Made by a program: the position numbers and the translations under genes. The notes under the pieces are model-generated. The model searched no databases and was not told the DNA's origin. It saw only the letters and a list, made by a program, of their open reading frames with translations. A DNA stretch of 64,000 bases from Ranitomeya imitator (taxonomy: Eukaryota): positions 826,522,001 through 826,586,000 of the forward strand of contig NC_091284.1 in NCBI RefSeq assembly GCF_032444005.1. Reading direction: 5' to 3'. Position 1 is the first letter of the stretch; every line of letters begins with the position of its first letter. Below are positions 27,001 to 41,800 of the stretch, one piece after another.

Positions 27001-29822
27001 AAAGAATTAGCACGCAGGACCTGAAACACCGTTCTGACCTGCTTCACATGAGACTCCCAATCATCCGAGAAGATCAAAATGTCATCTAAGTACACAATCA
27101 GGAATTTATCCAGGTACTCTCGGAAGATGTCATGCATAAAGGACTGAAACACTGATGGAGCATTGGCAAGTCCGAATGGCATCACTAGATACTCAAAATG
27201 GCCCTCGGGCGTATTAAATGCAGTTTTCCACTCATCGCCTCGCTTAATACGCACAAGATTATACGCACCACGAAGATCTATCTTGGTGAACCAACTAGCC
27301 CCCTTAATCCGAGCAAACAAATCAGATAACAATGGCAAGGGGTACTGAAATTTAACCGTGATCTTATTTAGAAGGCGGTAATCTATACAAGGTCTCAGTG
27401 AACCATCCTTCTTGGCTACAAAAAAGAACCCTGCTCCTAATGGCGACGATGACGGGCGAATATGCCCCTTCTCCAAGGACTCCTTCACGTAACTCCGCAT
27501 AGCGGCGTGCTCAGGCACAGATAAATTAAACAGTCGACCTTTTGGGAATTTACTACCAGGAATCAAATCGATAGCACAATCACAATCCCTATGCGGAGGT
27601 AGGGTATCAGACTTGGGCTCATCGAATACATCCCGGTAATCAGACAAGAACTCAGGAACCTCAGAAGGGGTGGATGACGAAATAGTCAGAAATGGGACAT
27701 CACCATGTACCCCCTGACAACCCCAGCTGGACACAGACATGGATTTCCAATCTAATACTGGATTATGGACTTGTAGCCATGGCAACCCCAACACAACCAC
27801 ATCATGCAGATTATGCAACACCAGAAAGCGAATAACCTCCTGATGTGCAGGAGCCATGCACATGGTCAGCTGCGTCCAGTACTGAAGCTTATTCTTGGCC
27901 AAAGGCGTAGCATCAATTCCTCTCAATGGAATAGGACACTGCAAGGGCTCCAAGAAAAACCCACAACGCCTAGCATACTCCAAGTCCATCAAATTCAGGG
28001 CAGCGCCTGAGTCCACAAATGCCATGACAGAATACGATGACAAAGAGCAGATCAAGGTAACAGACAGAAGAAATTTTGACTGTACCGTACCAATGGTGGC
28101 AGACCTAGCGAACCGCTTAGTGCGCTTAGGACAATCAGAGATAGCATGAGTGGAATCACCACAGTAGAAACACAGCCCATTCAGACGTCTGTGTTCTTGC
28201 CGTTCAACTCTGGTCAAAGTCCTATCGCACTGCATAGGCTCAGGTTTAAGCTCAGGTAATACCGCCAAATGGTGCACAGATTTACGCTCGCGCAAGCGTC
28301 GACCGATCTGAATGGCCAAAGACATAGACTCATTCAGACCAGCAGGCATAGGAAATCCCACCATAACATCCTTAAGGGCTTCAGAGAGACCTTTTCTGAA
28401 AATAGCTGCGAGCGCACCTTCATTCCACTGAGTGAGTACGGACCACTTTCTAAATTTCTGACAATATACCTCTATCTCATCCTGACCCTGACACAGAGCC
28501 AGCAAATTCTTCTCTGCCTGATCCACAGAATTAGGCTCATCGTACAGCAATCCGAGCGCCAGGAAAAATGCATCGATATTACTTAATGCAGGATCCCCTG
28601 GCGCAAGGGAAAATGCCCAGTCCTGAGGGTCGCCACGCAAAAAAGAAATAACGATCCTAACTTGTTGAACTGGGTCACCAGAGGAGCGAGGTTTCAAAGC
28701 CAGAAATAGTTTACAATTATTTTTGAAACTCAGAAATTTAGTTCTATCTCCAAAACACAAATCAGGAATAGGAATTCTCGGTTCTAACATAGAATTCTGA
28801 ACCACAAAGTCTTGAATACTTTGTACTCTTGCCGTGAGCTGATCCACACATGAAGACAGACCTTTAACGTCCATTGCTACACCTGTGTCCTGAACCACCC
28901 AAATGTCTAGGGGAAAAAAAAGGCAAAACACAGTGCAGAGAAAAAAAAAAATGGTCTCAGAACTTCTTTTTTCCCTCTATTGGGAATCATTAGTACTTTT
29001 GGCCTCCAGTACTGTTATGAAAGGTAATTCAGTACCACAATGGACATAGAGGTCAGCGCACATAGTGACCTGGCAATAACCCAAAAAACAAGAACAAGCT
29101 CTGAGACGTGGGAACTCTGTTGACCGCAATCCCTAATCCTCTCCAACAACACTAAAGGCAGCCGTGGATTGCGCCTAACGCTCCCTATGCAACTCGGCAC
29201 GGCCTGAGAAACTAGCTAGCCTGAAGATAGAAAATAAGCCTACCTTACCTCAGAGAAATACCCCAAAGGAAAAGGCAGCCCCCACATATAATGACTGTGA
29301 GTTAAGATGAAAAGACAAACGTAGAGATGAAATAGATTTAGCAAAGTGAGGCCCAACTTTCTGAACAGAGCGAGGATAGGAAAGGTAACTTTGCGGTCAA
29401 CACAAAACCCTACAAAAACCACGCAAAGGGGGCAAAAAGACCCTCCGTACCGAACTAACGGCACGGAGGTACACCCTCTGCGTCCCAGAGCTTCCAGCAA
29501 GCAGAAAAAAAACAAATTGACAAGCTGGACAGAAAAAAACAGCAAACAAATAGCAAAGAGGAACTTAGCTATGCAGAGCAGCAGGCCACAGGAACGATCC
29601 AGGAGGAAACAGGTCCAATACTTGAACATTGACTGGAGGCCAGGATCAAAGCACTAGGTGGAGTTAAATAGAGCAGCACCTAACGACTTCACCACATCAC
29701 CTGAGAAAGGAAACTCAGAAGCCACAGTACCACTTTCCTCCACCAACGGAAGATCACAGAGAAAACCAGCCGAAGTACCACTTGTGACCACAGGAGGGAG
29801 CTCTGCCACAGAATTCACAACA
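24002..29822 (-). mobile_element. Full-length chromodomain-bearing Ty3/Gypsy (sushi-like chromovirus) LTR retrotransposon
   Basis: LTRs 24002-24812 and 29013-29822 (TG...CA, about 14 differences by eye); PPT AAGGGGGGGG next to the 3' LTR; GGGGGC on both flanks. Confidence 0.97.
24644..28874 (-). pseudogene. Gypsy gag-pol (gag, CCHC knuckle, protease, RT, RNase H, integrase, chromodomain) with two lesions
   Basis: CFYCGDSTHAISDC, FVDSGA, YLDD, integrase (GQTERTNQTLE) and chromodomain (EYIVEKILDSR..YLVKWKGY). 1-bp insertion near 25850 and an in-frame TGA at 25256-25258 where Trp is expected. Confidence 0.92.
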
Positions 29823-30228
29823 GGGGGCGCAGGATGGGAGCAGCACATGTTACAATGGGGGCGCAGGATGGGAGCAGCACATGACAGAATGGGGCGCAGG
29901 ATGGGTGCAACACATGACAGAATGGGGGCGCAAGATGGGTGCAACACATGGCAGGATGGGGGCGCAGGATGGGTGCAGCACATGACAGGATGGGGACGCA
30001 GGATGGAGCAGCTCATGACAGGATGGGGGTGCAGGATTGGAGCAGCACATGTCAGAATGGGGGTGCAGGATGGGTGCAGCACATGACAGGATGGGGACGC
30101 AGAATGGAGCAGCTCATGACAGGATGGGGACGCAGGATGGAGCAGCACATACCAGGATGGAGACCATATACCAATATAGATGCTCGCCACCCGGGCGTAG
30201 AACGGGTTCAATAGCTAGTTACTATATA

Positions 30229-31738
30229 CAGTGGTGTGAAGAAGTGTTTGCACCTTCCTGATTTCCTATTCTTTTGCATGTTTGGCACAATTAAATGTTT
30301 CAGATCACCAAACAAATGTAAATATTAGACAAAGATAACACAAGTAATCACAAAACGCAGTTTATAAATGAAGGACTTTATTATTAAGGGAAAAAGAAAT
30401 CCAAACCTCCAGGGCCCTGTGTGAAAACTGATTCCCCCCCTCCCCCCTTAAAACGTAAAGTAACTGTGGTTTATCACATCTCTTTAAAGCGAAGTTCAAT
30501 TTTATAAGCCACACCCAGGCCTGATTGATAACAGGTGCGGCAGTAATCAAGAAATCACTTAAATAGGACCTGCCTGAAAAGTAAACAATGAGATCCTCAA
30601 AGGCTAGACATCATGCCATGATCCAAAGAAATTCTGGAACAAATGAGAAAAAGTAATTGAGATCCATCAGTCTGGAAAATGTTACAAAGCCATCTCTAAA
30701 GCTTTGGGACTCCAGCGAGCCACAGTGAGATCCATTATCCACAAATGGCGAAAACAAGGAATAGTGGTGAACCTTCCCAGGGGTGGCCAGCCAAAACTAC
30801 CCCAAGAGTGCAGCGAAGATTCATCCAAGAGGTCACAAATGACCCAACAACTACAACCAAAGAACTGCAGTCCTCACTTGCCTCAGTTAAGGTCAGTGTT
30901 TGTGACTCCACCATAAGAGACTGGTAAGAGACATTTGATGATCCCAACCACACTTTTGGTAGAATACTCTGTGGACTGACTAGACAAAAGTTGACCTCTT
31001 TGCAAGGTGTCATTACATCTGGCGTAGAAGTAACACAGCATTTCAGAAAATGAACATCATAGCAACAGTAAAATATGGTGGTGGTAGTGTAATGGTCTGG
31101 GGCTTTTTTGCTGCTTCAGGACCTGGAAGACTTGCTGTAGTAAATGGAATCATGAATTCTACTGTCGACCAAAAAATCCTGAAGGAGAATGTCCGGCCAT
31201 TTGTTTGTGACCTCAAGCTGAAGCGCACTTGGGTTATGCAGCAGTACAATGAACCAAAACACACCAACAAGTCCACCTCTGAATGCCTAAAAACAAAACT
31301 ATGACTTTGCAGTGGCCTAGTCACAGTCCTGATCTTAATCCGATTGAGATGCTGCAATGACCTTAAAAAGGCTGTTCATGCTCGGAAACCCTCCAATGTG
31401 GCTGAATTACAACAATTCTGCAAAGATTAGTGGCCAGAAATCTTCCAGAGCGTTATAAAAGACTCATTGCCAGTTATCACAGACACTTGTTGCAGTTGTT
31501 GGGTGGCCCAACCGGTTATTAGGTTTGGGGGACAATCACTTTCACACAGGACCCTGTAGGTTTGGATTTCTTTTTCCCTTAATAATAAAGACCTTCATTT
31601 ATAAACTGCATTTTGTGATTGCTTGTGAAATCTTTGTCTAATATTTACATTTGTTTGGTGATCGGAAACATTTAAGTGTGACAAACATGGAAAAGAATAG
31701 GAAATCGGGAAGGGGGCAAAGACTTTTTCACATCACTG
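30229..31738 (+). mobile_element. Tc1-family DNA transposon with long TIRs and a decayed transposase
   Basis: TA|CAGTGGTGTGAA ... TTCACATCACTG|TA; ~200-bp TIRs; fragments TVKYGGGSVMVWG and QQYNEPKH broken by stops and frameshifts. Confidence 0.92.
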
Positions 31739-32289
31739 TATATTACTTGTCCGGACATCTGTGGAAATGTCAGAATTGGGTTTTGTACATTGATGTTCGG
31801 TTCCTATTCTCACTGTAACAGATGAAAACAAACAATAGAGATGGAAAATTCACGTTTTTCATTTGGTTGCCCAATAATTGTGCACACAGGGATATGAGAC
31901 AAAACCGCACTGTGACTTTCTTAAATATTCAGGTTTATTAACCTTTTGGATTGACAGATAGATAATAATATTAGTTATCGAAAATACAAATTGCCTAATC
32001 TGTACACGGTGCAGAATTGCGTCTGCACAGAATGAGCTCTCTATCAACGATGGGGCAGAGCAGTCCGTTACTCCGCCCAATCATGCCGAGAACTATGGGG
32101 CTGTACAGTTAACAGCAGCTCCTCGCTCTCTACCCTCCATGCTCTCATCTGAATGATCTTAAAGGATAAAGATCTTAAAATTAACCGTTTGACTGCCTTA
32201 GACTATCAGGGACCATTACATGGACCTCTTCACATTATTAGACCATCAGGGATACTGGATGTTCACTGCATTGGAGGACCATAAAAAGA

Positions 32290-33700
32290 CTAGATCCCCA
32301 CTGCCCTAGACCACCAGAGACGTAGGATCCCCACTGCCCTAGACCACCAGAGACGTAGGATCCCCACTGCCCTAGACCACCAGGGACGTAGGATCCCCAC
32401 TGCCCTAGACCACCAGGGACGTAGGATCCCCACTGCCCTAGACGACCAGGGACATAGGATCCCCACTGCCCTAAACCACCAGAGACGTAGGATCCCCACT
32501 GCCCTAGACGACCAGGGACGTAGGATCCCCACTGCCCTAGACCACCAGAGACGTAGGATCCCCACTGCCCTAAACCACCAGAGACGTAGGATCCCCACTG
32601 CCCTAGACGACCAGGGACGTAGGATCCCCACTGCCCTAGACCACCAGAGACGTAGGATCCCCACTGCCCTAGACGACCAGGGACATAGGATCCCCACTGC
32701 CCAAGACCACCAGAGACGTAGGATCCCCACTGCCCTAGACGACCAGGGACGTAGGATCCCCACTGCCCTAGATGACCAGGGACGTAGGATCCCCACTGCC
32801 CTAGACGACCAGGGACGTAGGGTCCCCACTGCCCTAGATGACCAGGGACGTAGGGTCCCCACTGCCCTAGACCACCAGAGACGTAGGATCCCCACTGCCC
32901 TAGACCACCAGAGACGTAGGATCCCCACTGCCCTAGACGACCAGGGACGTAGGATCCCCACTGCCCTAGACCACCAGAGACGTAGGATCCCCACTGCCCT
33001 AGACGACCAGGGACATAGGATCCCCACTGCCCAAGACCACCAGAGACGTAGGATCCCCACTGCCCTAGACCACCAGGGACGTAGGATCCCCACTGCCCTA
33101 GACCACCAGAGACGTAGGATCCCCACTGCCCTAGACGACCAGGGACGTAGGATCCCCACTGCCCTAGACCACCAGAGACGTAGGATCCCCACTGCCCTAG
33201 ACGACCAGGGACATAGGATCCCCACTGCCCAAGACCACCAGAGACGTAGGATCCCCACTGCCCTAGACGACCAGGGACGTAGGATCCCCACTGCCCTAGA
33301 TGACCAGGGACGTAGGATCCCCACTGCCCTAGACGACCAGGGACGTAGGGTCCCCACTGCCCTAAACCAACAAGGACCCCAGATCCCCACTGCCCTCGCC
33401 CAACAAGGACGCCGGATTCCCACTGTCTAAGACCACCATGGGCATCTGATCCCCACTGCCCTAGACCACCAGAGACGTAGGATCCCCACTGCCCTAGACG
33501 ACCAGGGACGTAGGATCCCCACTGCCCTAGACGACCAGGGACGTAGGATCCCCACTGCACTAAACCAACAAGGACCCCAGATCCCCACTGCCCTAGTCCA
33601 ACAAGGACGCCGGATTTCCACTGTCTAAGACCACCATGGGTGTCTGATCCCCACTGCCCTAGCTCTCCAGGGACCCTGGATCCTCACTGCACTAGACCAG
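32290..33700. repeat. 33-bp minisatellite (~42 copies)
   Basis: Unit GGATCCCCACTGCCCTAGACCACCAGAGACGTA; it produces the 11-aa periodic ORFs in the track. Confidence 0.95.
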
Positions 33701-33724
33701 ATCCAGGGCATGTGGTCGTATATA

Positions 33725-34895
<1,171 letters not shown>

Positions 34896-35283
34896 TATCT
34901 GGCAGCTTTATAGCTAATTATAAGGACTGTACATTAATAGTTATTGAATGCAAGTGCTTATTGCAAACCTTAGAGGGGGCAGTGCCCCGGTTCCTAAATG
35001 CCACGCTCACTAGCTATAAAGGCTCACAGGGATCCCGGCCTCGTCTCCATGCCCCCCATGAGATCTGGTATTGGGTGCTCAAGGCCGGTGTCACATTTCT
35101 GTCTTTCTTCATATCCGAGGCATCCGCACAGCAATGCCTGTTCTCCGAGACATCCTTCACTTCCAGACATTGAGATGTTGCATTCTAATATTCATCCACC
35201 CCTAATAAAAAATGGTTCCTTCCGCAATGAGTGGAGACAAACCCAAGGAGCAGCCTACAGAACAGTCAATGGGGGGGGGGCTT

Positions 35284-35822
35284 CTATAAAAACTGGTGCA
35301 GTATTCTTTGGTGTCGCACGAGATTGGAGCTCTGAGAGAACCTACGTCCGCAGTGAGAGCACACGAACGGCCGCTCGCCAGTGTGGATGCGCTGGTGCTT
35401 GACGAGGCTGGATCTCTGGACAAAGCTGCGGGCGCATTCTGTGCAGTTAAAGGGCTTCTCTCCAGAATGGATCCGCTGATGAGTAACGAGCGCAGATCTC
35501 TCCGCAAAGCAGCGTCCGCACACTGGGCACGAGAACGGCTTCTCCCCCGTGTGCTTCCTCTTATGTGACAGAAGGCGAGAGCGCTGGCTGAAGGATTTGC
35601 CGCAGTAAGCGCAGGAATGGGGTTTCTCCTCGCTGTGGAATCGCTGGTGAGCGGCGAAAGCCGTCTCAGAACCGAAGTGAACTCCGCAGATGGAGCAGAA
35701 GAACAGGCTATCTGTACAGGGGGACTGCTGGCCGGGAGCGGGGTCCGAGGGATTTCGGACATGTCCTGGGGTCTGCAAACAATGGCGAATCATCACCGCA
35801 TCCAGTGAAGAGACGGTCGGAC
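35284..35822 (-). CDS. Terminal zinc-finger exon of the - strand ZNF gene
   Basis: ORF 35284-35841 has 5 tandem C2H2 fingers; acceptor ctcactgcag| at 35823. Confidence 0.93.
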
Positions 35823-38800
35823 CTGCAGTGAGCGAGATCAATGGTACACGGTCCCATCAGTGAGAACATGTAGAAGAAAGAAAAGCAGAATAAAGTAACA
35901 CTGTATAATCTACAGTATCCAATATACACATACTACACTGTGCTGCACTATTATATAATGGTATACTACTATATACAGTGGGTACAGAAAGTATTCACAC
36001 CCCTTTCAATTATTCACTCTTTGTTTCATTGCAGCCATTTGGTAAATTCTATAAAGTTCATTTTTTTCCTCATTAATGTTCACTCTGCATCCCATCTTGA
36101 GTGAAAAAACAGAAATGTAGAAATGTTTGCAAATAAAAAAAGAAAAACTGAAATATCCCATGGTCATAAGTCTTCAGCCCCTTTGCTCAGACACTCATAT
36201 GTAAGTCCCATGCTGTCCATTTCCTTGTGATCCTCCTTGAGATGGTTCTACTCCTTCATTGGAGTCCAGCTGTGTGTAACTAAACTGATAGGACTTGATT
36301 TGGAGCGGCGCACACCTGTCTATATAAGACCTCACAGCTCACAGTGCATGTCAGACCAAATGAGAATCATGAGGCCAAAGGAACTGGCCGAGGAGCTCAG
36401 AGACAGAATTGTGGCAAGGCACAGATCTGGCCAAGGTTACAGAATTTCTGTAGTACTCAAGGTTCCTAAGAGCACAGTGGCCTCCATAATCCTTAAATGG
36501 AAGAAGTTTGGGACCAGCAGAAGTCTTCATAGACCTGGCCGTCCAACCAAACTGAGCAACTGTGTATGACTGCATGCAGCTGCCCGGCCATAAAGCTCCT
36601 GGCGGGGCGCAGTGTTTGTGATGATACCAGAGGAGGTCTGGACTCTGCCGTTATGGGGTCAGCAGAGCGGTGGTGACGTTACGGGGTCTCCACTTGCTAC
36701 AGTTCCTTCAACTTCTCAGTAACAGCACTAACAAGAGATGGGGGAAGATTCAGGAGGAAGAAATGTAATGGTCGGACTTGTCACCCCGGTTGCTCCTATT
36801 ACAGGACCATGCTGGTATCAGGAGCTTTGCACCACCGGCCGCTCTGTCACATGTTAGTAAAGGCTGATGGCACGGTGGGGGGCACGGTGGGAGGGCCGGA
36901 GGTTATACATCGGGGGGGCGGCTGGTGTTGGATGTTATACATAGGAGCAAGGGACCAGATGTTGTACACCGGGGTTAATGGGGAATGAGGTCATACATCA
37001 GGGCCGAGGGGCCACATGTTGTACACTGGGGGGCAACTGGGCTGCGTTATACACCAGAGGCCGGATGTTATATATTGGGGGACAATTTGGCAGTAGCAAA
37101 CAAGAGAAATTCATTTGGTAGATGTGCGGCCCACCACTGTCCTCCATACGGTGTGTGCTGTAATTATAGAACACCACATAATAATATATGATATAATGTG
37201 CTATACTGCAATATAATGTACACTATGCAGTAATAATCCTGCACTATACGATCCTGTGCTCTGCCGCCATATACTGCACACTGCACAATACGGTGTTCCC
37301 TCTGTAATCATTACTATATGGATATACATCGGCCGCACGGTACTTATAGATCCCAAAACACAATGGCTGCCGCTCGTCTGACGTGACTTCCTTACCGGAG
37401 ATTATATAGTCAGGCGCGGCCTCCTCCTTACACGGCTGCTGACGGATCCAGTCGCTGACATCGGACTGTAATACAGGACCGCGGGTTAGAAGTGACGGCG
37501 GTATGCCGGGGTACAGAGTACATGATGTGACAGACTACCTGATCCTCCGGCGTCATCGCCTCATTATCCTCCTCTATGAAGTCGTCGGTACAGGCCGCCA
37601 TCGAGCAGTGATGGAGGCGATCCGCGGAATCCTCTCCACCTGCGCAAGATTAAAGGGGACCTCCAGCCAAAACTGAAAATCTGAACCCTCCGCCCCTCAC
37701 TCTCAGGCTTCAGTCTCCGGTGCAGGACATCGCCATCCAGCAGCAGCCAGTGTCGGCCATGTTGGTGTCTCCTCGTCAGCCAATCACAATGAATGAACAT
37801 TTTTGGTTTCATTTCCTTTCACTTTAGCCCCGTCCCACCCTGGGATGTACTTATTAAATTACAGGGTGGGTGCAGTGCGGCTGTCAGAATTGGATGACAA
37901 AAGGGCCCTGCTTTAAAAAAAAAAAAAGAAATCCGCACAGGCTGTGTAGGCCTCATTTATTTTAGTTGCCCATAGCAACCAATCAGAGAGCAGCTTTCAT
38001 TTCTTAAAAGGCTCTGGTAAAATGAAAGCTGAGCTGTGATTGGTTGCCATGGGCAACTAAGACAGATTTTCTCTTTATAAATCTGCCCCAATATATAAAT
38101 AATATATAGTGTCCGAGCTTCACAGGAGGACCAAGATGGCGGCCACTGGGGGTCTTTATCATGGAAACCCATCAGTTTAAAAGCTGTTGTCAGTAACCAG
38201 CTGCTTGATCATTCTCACACTTTCGTTTTCTTCCTCCCGATCTTCCGAGAGCCATCACTTTTTTATATTATTCCGGTGACATCGCCATATGAGGGCTTGT
38301 TTTTTAGCAGGACGATGAGTAATTTTGCATGTCACTATTTAATGTAATAAATTAAAAAAAAAAAAAAATCTGTAAAATTGTGAAAAAAAAAATTTCGCAA
38401 CTCCGTCAGTGTATTTTGGGTTTAGTTTTAATTGGCGTTTATTGTGGGTAAAAATAATCTGACATCATCATTATCCACGTCAGTGAGATTACGGCGAGGC
38501 GATACCAAAATTATATAAGTTTTTATTTTTTTCTAGAATTTAGTGGTGGGGAAAAAAAAAAAACCTTTAAAAGCAATTCTGGCATTTCCATTTTCTTTAC
38601 GGCTTGAATAATTTTATGTTATGATAGATCTCAATTTTACGGACGCGATGATAGCACATTTTTTATTTATTTTTTTTAACTAGGAAAAATCCAAAGGGGA
38701 GGAGTCAGTCTTTTATGTTTTACAATTTTTTATTTTTTTTTTATTTTTGGGGGGGACTTAACCCTGCGATTGTTTGATCACTTGTCTTATATAGTGTAAT

Positions 38801-41800
38801 ACTACAGTATAGCAGTGTGTAGTGATAATTGTACTCCCCTATGTCCCCAGCACACGTCTTGGCTTCACGGGAGTAGCAAGATGGCGGTTAAAGGGGTTGT
38901 TAATGGGCTGCCAATTTATCTGCAGTGGATGCCGGCTGTAAGACACAGCTCCTAGACCCGCACCCGAATGTCGGGGGGTTAAAGGTGGAAGTCGCTGGCG
39001 TCTCCCCTCGCAGTACCTAGACCACTGATACTATGATGGAGAACTCCTAGAACCATCCTGACCGGTAATCGGGTCATAGCGGTTATTGCCTTACCTGACC
39101 CGACGTCATCAGGAATGGCCGCCTCGTCCTCCTCCTTACACTGTTGAGGAAACATCCCATCCCCCGACGACTCGGCCTGCCATACACAAACAGTCATATT
39201 AGGACACCTTAAAGGGGTTGTCCATAAAGGGGCTAATTCCATGTAAATAAGATCTGACAGGTGCCGGATTATCGGATAATCCGGATTAATGTTCCTCGGA
39301 CTGTCGCCGATGCGGCCCATGTACCTGGCTCTCCTGCTGGTTGCAACACAGGGGGGTCCCACATTTTCTCAGGGGGCTTCCTGTACTAACTGCAGCTGCA
39401 GATAAAACAGTAACGAGAAACCGGAGGATCAATATTCAAGGATTAACCACAGTTTACATTTTTATTTAATCAATAGCACAGGGAAAAATACAATATTATC
39501 GGAGAAATCCACTTCTTTCTCCTCCTGCACTGATCATTTACTCTGAATTCTTGGGCACAATCTGCATTCAGTAGATTCTCCCATTACGGAGATGACAGTT
39601 GGTGCTCACAAGAGTCTATGGAGAGGGGAGGAGCTAGAAGCAGCGACCATCTGTTGCCAGCTCCATAGAACTTTATGAGAACCAACTGTCATCTCCTAAC
39701 TCCGTAATGTGAATCTGTTACAGTGAAGACACATTTTACCTGTGAACTGAGAATTTTAAGATTGAAAAATCAGTCCAGCAGGAGAAAAAAAAATCTAAAT
39801 TTCTCTGATGAGAAGTTTCTTATATTTGCACACACTATTGCGAGTTATGTAAAAAAAAAAAAAAATGACGGTTATTCTTTAATAGTAGCCGCCGCTGATC
39901 CCACTCAGCAGAGTTGATCACTCACCTGACACGTGATTTCCTATAGGGTCTGCACAGTCCGGCTCCAAAATTCTCTGATGATTTCGGGCAGAATCTTCTT
40001 GGGACAAAATGAAAAAGGTTTTTTTTTTTTGTTTGTTTTTTTTTAATTAACAAATGTACAACATCGTAATTGTTACTCATTTAACCCTTTAAAAAGAGAT
40101 GGCAATTTTTTCAACCATAGCTCCATAATCCCAAATTTTTCTTTTTCTTCCTACCTGCCTTCTGACTGATTCAGAGCCCGACCTTCACAGATGCCAAGTA
40201 ATTAACCAATCAATTAGTCGTTCAAACCATTCAGAAACTTTGAGGCCGTGTTCACTTTGCGTTTTTGCACCTTTTTTATGCATATTTTTAGCAGTGCTTT
40301 ATAGTACCAGCAAAGTCAATGAGATTTCAGAAATCTCCTGCACACACCTTGGTTTGTTTTCTGACTGTTTTGTCACAGGAGTTTGGAATTTGCAAAATGC
40401 AGCAGGTCAGTTTCAGTGTTTTTCACCCATTGAAAGCAATGGATAGTGCAAAAATATTGCAAAAACTAAGCAAAAAAAAAAAAAAACACAAGTGTTAGGT
40501 TTTGCTGCATTTTTGGTGCCAAAACCTTATGAAGTTGAATCAGGTTTTTTTTCCTTTTAATGCACTAAACTTTATCAGCATGCACAAGAGACAGTTGTAC
40601 CTTGACAAAAATGCAGGAAAAAAAAGGACAGCAAAGACAAAGCGAAAAAAGGCAACAAAGGCAAAGCGGAAAAAGGCAGCAAAAAAAGCAAAAAAAAGGC
40701 AACAAAGACAAAGCGGAAAAAGGCAGCAAAGACAAAGCGAAAAAAGGCAGCATAGACAAAGCGAAAAAAGGCAACAAAGACAAATCGAAAAAAGGCAACA
40801 AAGACAAAGCGGAAAAAGGCAGCAAAGACAAAGCGAAAAAAGGCAGCATAGACAAAGCGAAAAAAGGCAACAAAGACAAAGGGAAAAAAGGCAACAAAGA
40901 CAAAGCGGAAAAAGGCAGCATAAAAGCGAAAAATAGGCAACAAAGACAAAGCGGAAAAAGGCAGCAAAGACAAAGCGAAAAAAGGCAACAAAGACAAAGC
41001 GGAAAAAGGCAACAAAGACAAAGCGGAAAAAGGCAAACAAAGACAAAGCGGAAAAAGGTAAACAAAGACAAAGCGGAAAGAGGCAAAGACAAAGCGAAAA
41101 AAGGCAACAAAGACAAAGCAAAAAAGGGCAGCAAAGACAAAGCGGAAAAAGGCAGCAAAAACAGCGAAAAAAAGGCAAACAAAGACAAAGTGAAAAAGGT
41201 AACAAAGACAAAGCGAAAAAAGGCAACAAAGACAAAGCGGAAAAAAGCAAACAAAGACAAAGCGGAAAAAGGCAACAAAGACAAAGCGAAAAAAAGCAAC
41301 AAAGACAAAGCGGAAAAAGGCAAACAAAGACAAAGCAGAAAAAGGCAAAGACAAAGCGAAAAAAGGCAACAAAGATAAAGCGAAAGAAGGCAGCAAAGAC
41401 AAAGCGGAAAAAGTCAAACAAAGACAAAGCGGAAAAAGGCAGCAAAAAAAGCGAAAAAAAGGCAAACAAAGACAAAGTGAAAAAGGCAACAAAGACAAAG
41501 CGAAAAAAGGCAACAGAGACAAAGCGAAAAAAGGCAAGAAAGACAAAGCAGAAAAAGGCAGCAAAGACAGAGCGAAAAAAGGCAACAAAGACAAAGGGGA
41601 TAAAGGTAGCAAAGACAAAGTGGAAAAAGGCAGCAAAGACAAAGTGGAAAAAGGCAGCAAAGACAAAGTGGAAAAAGGCAGCAAAGACAAAGTGGAAAAA
41701 GGCAACAAAGACAAAGCGGAAAAAGGCAGCAAAGACAAAGCGGAAAAAGGCAGCAAAGACAAAGCAAAACCTGCTTTTTGTAAGCAGCTTTAACTTGACA

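Larger units (their letters stand above)
22739..30218 (+). mobile_element. Non-autonomous Helitron containing minisatellites and a nested Gypsy element
   Basis: 5' A|TCTATAATATAA at 22739; 3' hairpin ACCCG-GGCGTAGAA-CGGGT followed by CTAG|T at 30215-30219; subterminal inverted repeat GAGCGTCACTCTGT/ACAGAGTGACGCTC. Confidence 0.75.

Noticed and set aside
32238-33560. Prion- or silk-like GQWGSYVPGRL repeat protein
   Set aside because: 33-bp tandem repeat with no splice or promoter support and no unique domain.
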